Source: Candidatus Omnitrophota bacterium (lineage in GTDB: Bacteria > Omnitrophota > Omnitrophia > Omnitrophales > Aquincolibacteriaceae). Taken from it: a stretch of DNA of 64,000 nt. The position numbers and the translations under genes were made by a program. The notes under the pieces were generated by a model. It worked only from the letters and a program-made list of their open reading frames with translations, ran no database searches and was not told the DNA's origin. Below are positions 27,301 to 30,300 of this stretch, piece by piece. The stretch covers positions 71,605 to 135,604 of the forward strand of contig JAYTHE010000011.1 in assembly GCA_043732705.1 (NCBI GenBank). Reading direction: 5' to 3'. Numbering within the stretch: position 1 is the first letter of the stretch; each line of letters opens with the position of its first letter.

Positions 27301-30300
27301 AGCGTCGCGCAACATGGCCAAGGCTTCGGTTTTGTCGACACGGCGCAAAGCAGTATCCAATAAATGCGGCGCCGTATCAGGACTTTCAAATCTGAATCTT
27401 TCACAAAGAATCGCAAACTCTTCTAGGTCAGACGGCGGTATTTTGCGAATGGATTCCAAATAAAAATCATAACTTTTAAGGTCAGAAATCAGCTTTGACC
27501 GTGTCAGCTCATTCAAAAGGCTTAATACAAAAACCGTGTTCCGCCCAAAATCATTCCCCAATGTCCGAATCACCTGCGGCAACCTTTCTAAATCGAATAT
27601 TTTCGGAGAAAGACGACTACTCGCGATACCGCCATATTCAGCAAGAAGCTGGCCTTTGTTTTTGCGTAAAATTTGCGACTGATCTTTCTCTAATGGCGAC
27701 ATCCTCACCGGTCCGAGCGGAAATATTGTCGTATGATTACCTGAATCTAAAATTGTAAAGTCGCCATGTCTATCTTGACGCCATGCCATCCACTTTGTTC
27801 CGGGAAAAAAGAATGCGCTGTGACCTTTTTCAAGAGTTGTGTGTTTAAGACTCCATGTCCGCGTGTCATAAACCATATCGTTTTCGCCAACCCCATGAAA
27901 AATAACCGATGACAAATCGGGTGAGAGTTGAGAGCCGGATGCAACCACGTTAAAGCTTGTGTAGGCAAGCGCACTAAGTGAAAACACCTGATATTTCCAT
28001 TTGCGCCCGCTCGTATCGGCCATTGTCATGACCAATAATTGATTGTTGGGCAAAGCATTAATACTCGCCCCGCCCGGGAAAATATGTAAATTTGTACCAT
28101 CCACGGAATACAAATCTATATCGTTGTAACCTGGCCCAGGTCTTCGAATTAAAAACCAATGGCCTGCAGGATCTGCCAATTCAATATGACCGGGATGAGC
28201 GGAGTGATCCCAAACCATTTCCCCTGAAACAGTTTCAAAAACTTTATTCCCATACTGATACCATCGACCGTCATTGAGAAACCAAGGACGCTCAGCTTGG
28301 GGAAGACTCCGCAATTCTCGCTGGGTTTTCAAATCAAACAAATGATATTGTTCACCCGTCAAAATAAAAACATGCTTTAATGAGAAAATAAAATGATCGA
28401 ATTGCTCGGTGCTGCCAAAAGCATTAATTTCATGCCCCTCTAAATTAGCCAAATAACATCGCCCGTCTTCAATTTCCCCCTTTACTAAGACTATATGTCT
28501 TCCATCCTTGGTGAATTGGATTCCATTGCCTCCAAAATCACGAGCGCTTTCACCGCCCTCCTCATGATTTGTCTTGAGGTCAATGATTTTAAATTTTTCT
28601 TTTCCTGCATAGTCGCTCTCAAGATCAAAGCCCACGATTAAATGCGTACTCAAGATACCGCCTTCAGATCCGTCAATTTGATTAAAATGAGGCGGCAACA
28701 TATTTTTACCCTCGTCTGAGCGCCAGCGGCGAACCGGCATCACGCCCTCCAAATCAACTAAAACAACTTCCTGCTTATTCCAAAGAACGAGCCAACGACC
28801 ATCCGGTGAAAACTTTCCCTCGTCTGCTTCTGCTAAATAGTTTTCAACTGAACCAAAAGTTTGAAGCCAATTTTGGGTAGCCGAATATTCTTCCGGTGAA
28901 GTTTGGCGCTGTTCACTACGAGCACTTTTAATTTTTACATTCTCATCAGACACCGTTTGTCTGAATTCCGAGCGTGCTGGCTCAAGAACGGCGGAGTGCT
29001 CCGTCGCTAACCAAAGATTGCGCGGATGATCATCGCCGGCTGCGCGGGATTGAGTTGCGGCAGGCTTGCGAGAAAGGCGCGCACCCCAATCACGCAACTG
29101 TGAATTAATATGCTCCAAGCTAGGTAACTTGAGCATAGCTATCAATACCGCCCGGGCTGCCCGCGGCAATTCGCCAAGAGAATAGTACGGGGAAAGCAAA
29201 TTTTGAATCATTAATATGGTTTCAAGCGGCAATGCCTTCAACCATTTTTTGTACTCGTCAAAAGACTGCTCGTCGTGAATCACACGAAATTCAAAAAGGA
29301 TACTCAATAGATCAAGTTTGAGCTCCCAGGCCTCACCCCATTCATGCTTTATTTTGGGAAGCATGTCGCGCAGAGACTGCGAATAATAATAGGAAGGACT
29401 GGCAGACAATTTCCCTTTATCAAACCTACGCGACATAAAATAAGTGAGCCAACCATTAAAAGGATCAACAGTAACCAATTGCCAAGAGCCAGGCAGTAAA
29501 AAATCAGAACCCGTTCCATTTTTCACGTCAACGACATGAGTTGTTGTGCTTTGACTACGATCCGGCTTGTCATTAAGGTAAATAAATTGATGATTAACGG
29601 CGAAAGCATTTCGATCCGCAAAATGCTCATTCCAGCTCCCTTCCAGAGTTCCGAGATAGATTCGCTGAGGCCGCTGACGTTCAGGGCTCCAACCATATAT
29701 TTCAAGTTGGACAAAAGGCTTGCCGGAAGGTGGCTTTTGATTTGTAAAAAAAACAAGAAACTCATCTACCCTGAACATCCCCGTAAAATCTTTCGGCGCG
29801 GGAATCACTTCCCCTGAAATAGGCTCATAAAACTGCTGGCGAACTTTTGAGCTTTTTAAAAAAATCCAGCCGGAGAAAGGCGTATGCTTCATCGTGTCAA
29901 CATCGGATAAATCCATGGTTGCCGGCGGCTGTTGTAGCGGCAAATAATGCCCGTCGCGATAACGGTAGAAAGAAGTTTGCTTTTGGGCGTGCGCTAGCCC
30001 CCTAAATGCTGCGCGTGCAGCTTCGTCTCCTTGTACATAAACAGCTTGCGCCACTCCTCCGCCGAAGAAATCAACGTCTGATACTTCATATCCTCGAGGA
30101 GGTTTGAAATCAGCATGGGGCCGGCGGGTATTTATATCCATCACCCAATTATTTCTCGCAAGCCCGCCGCCCTCATTAAAATAAACCGCTCCATCCTCCG
30201 GTGAAACACGGATCGTAAAACTATGACTTGGTGCCGTAGAAGATAATGGAATTCTTTCACCGGCCTTGATCGCATCTCCATCTTTTTTAATAATAATAAA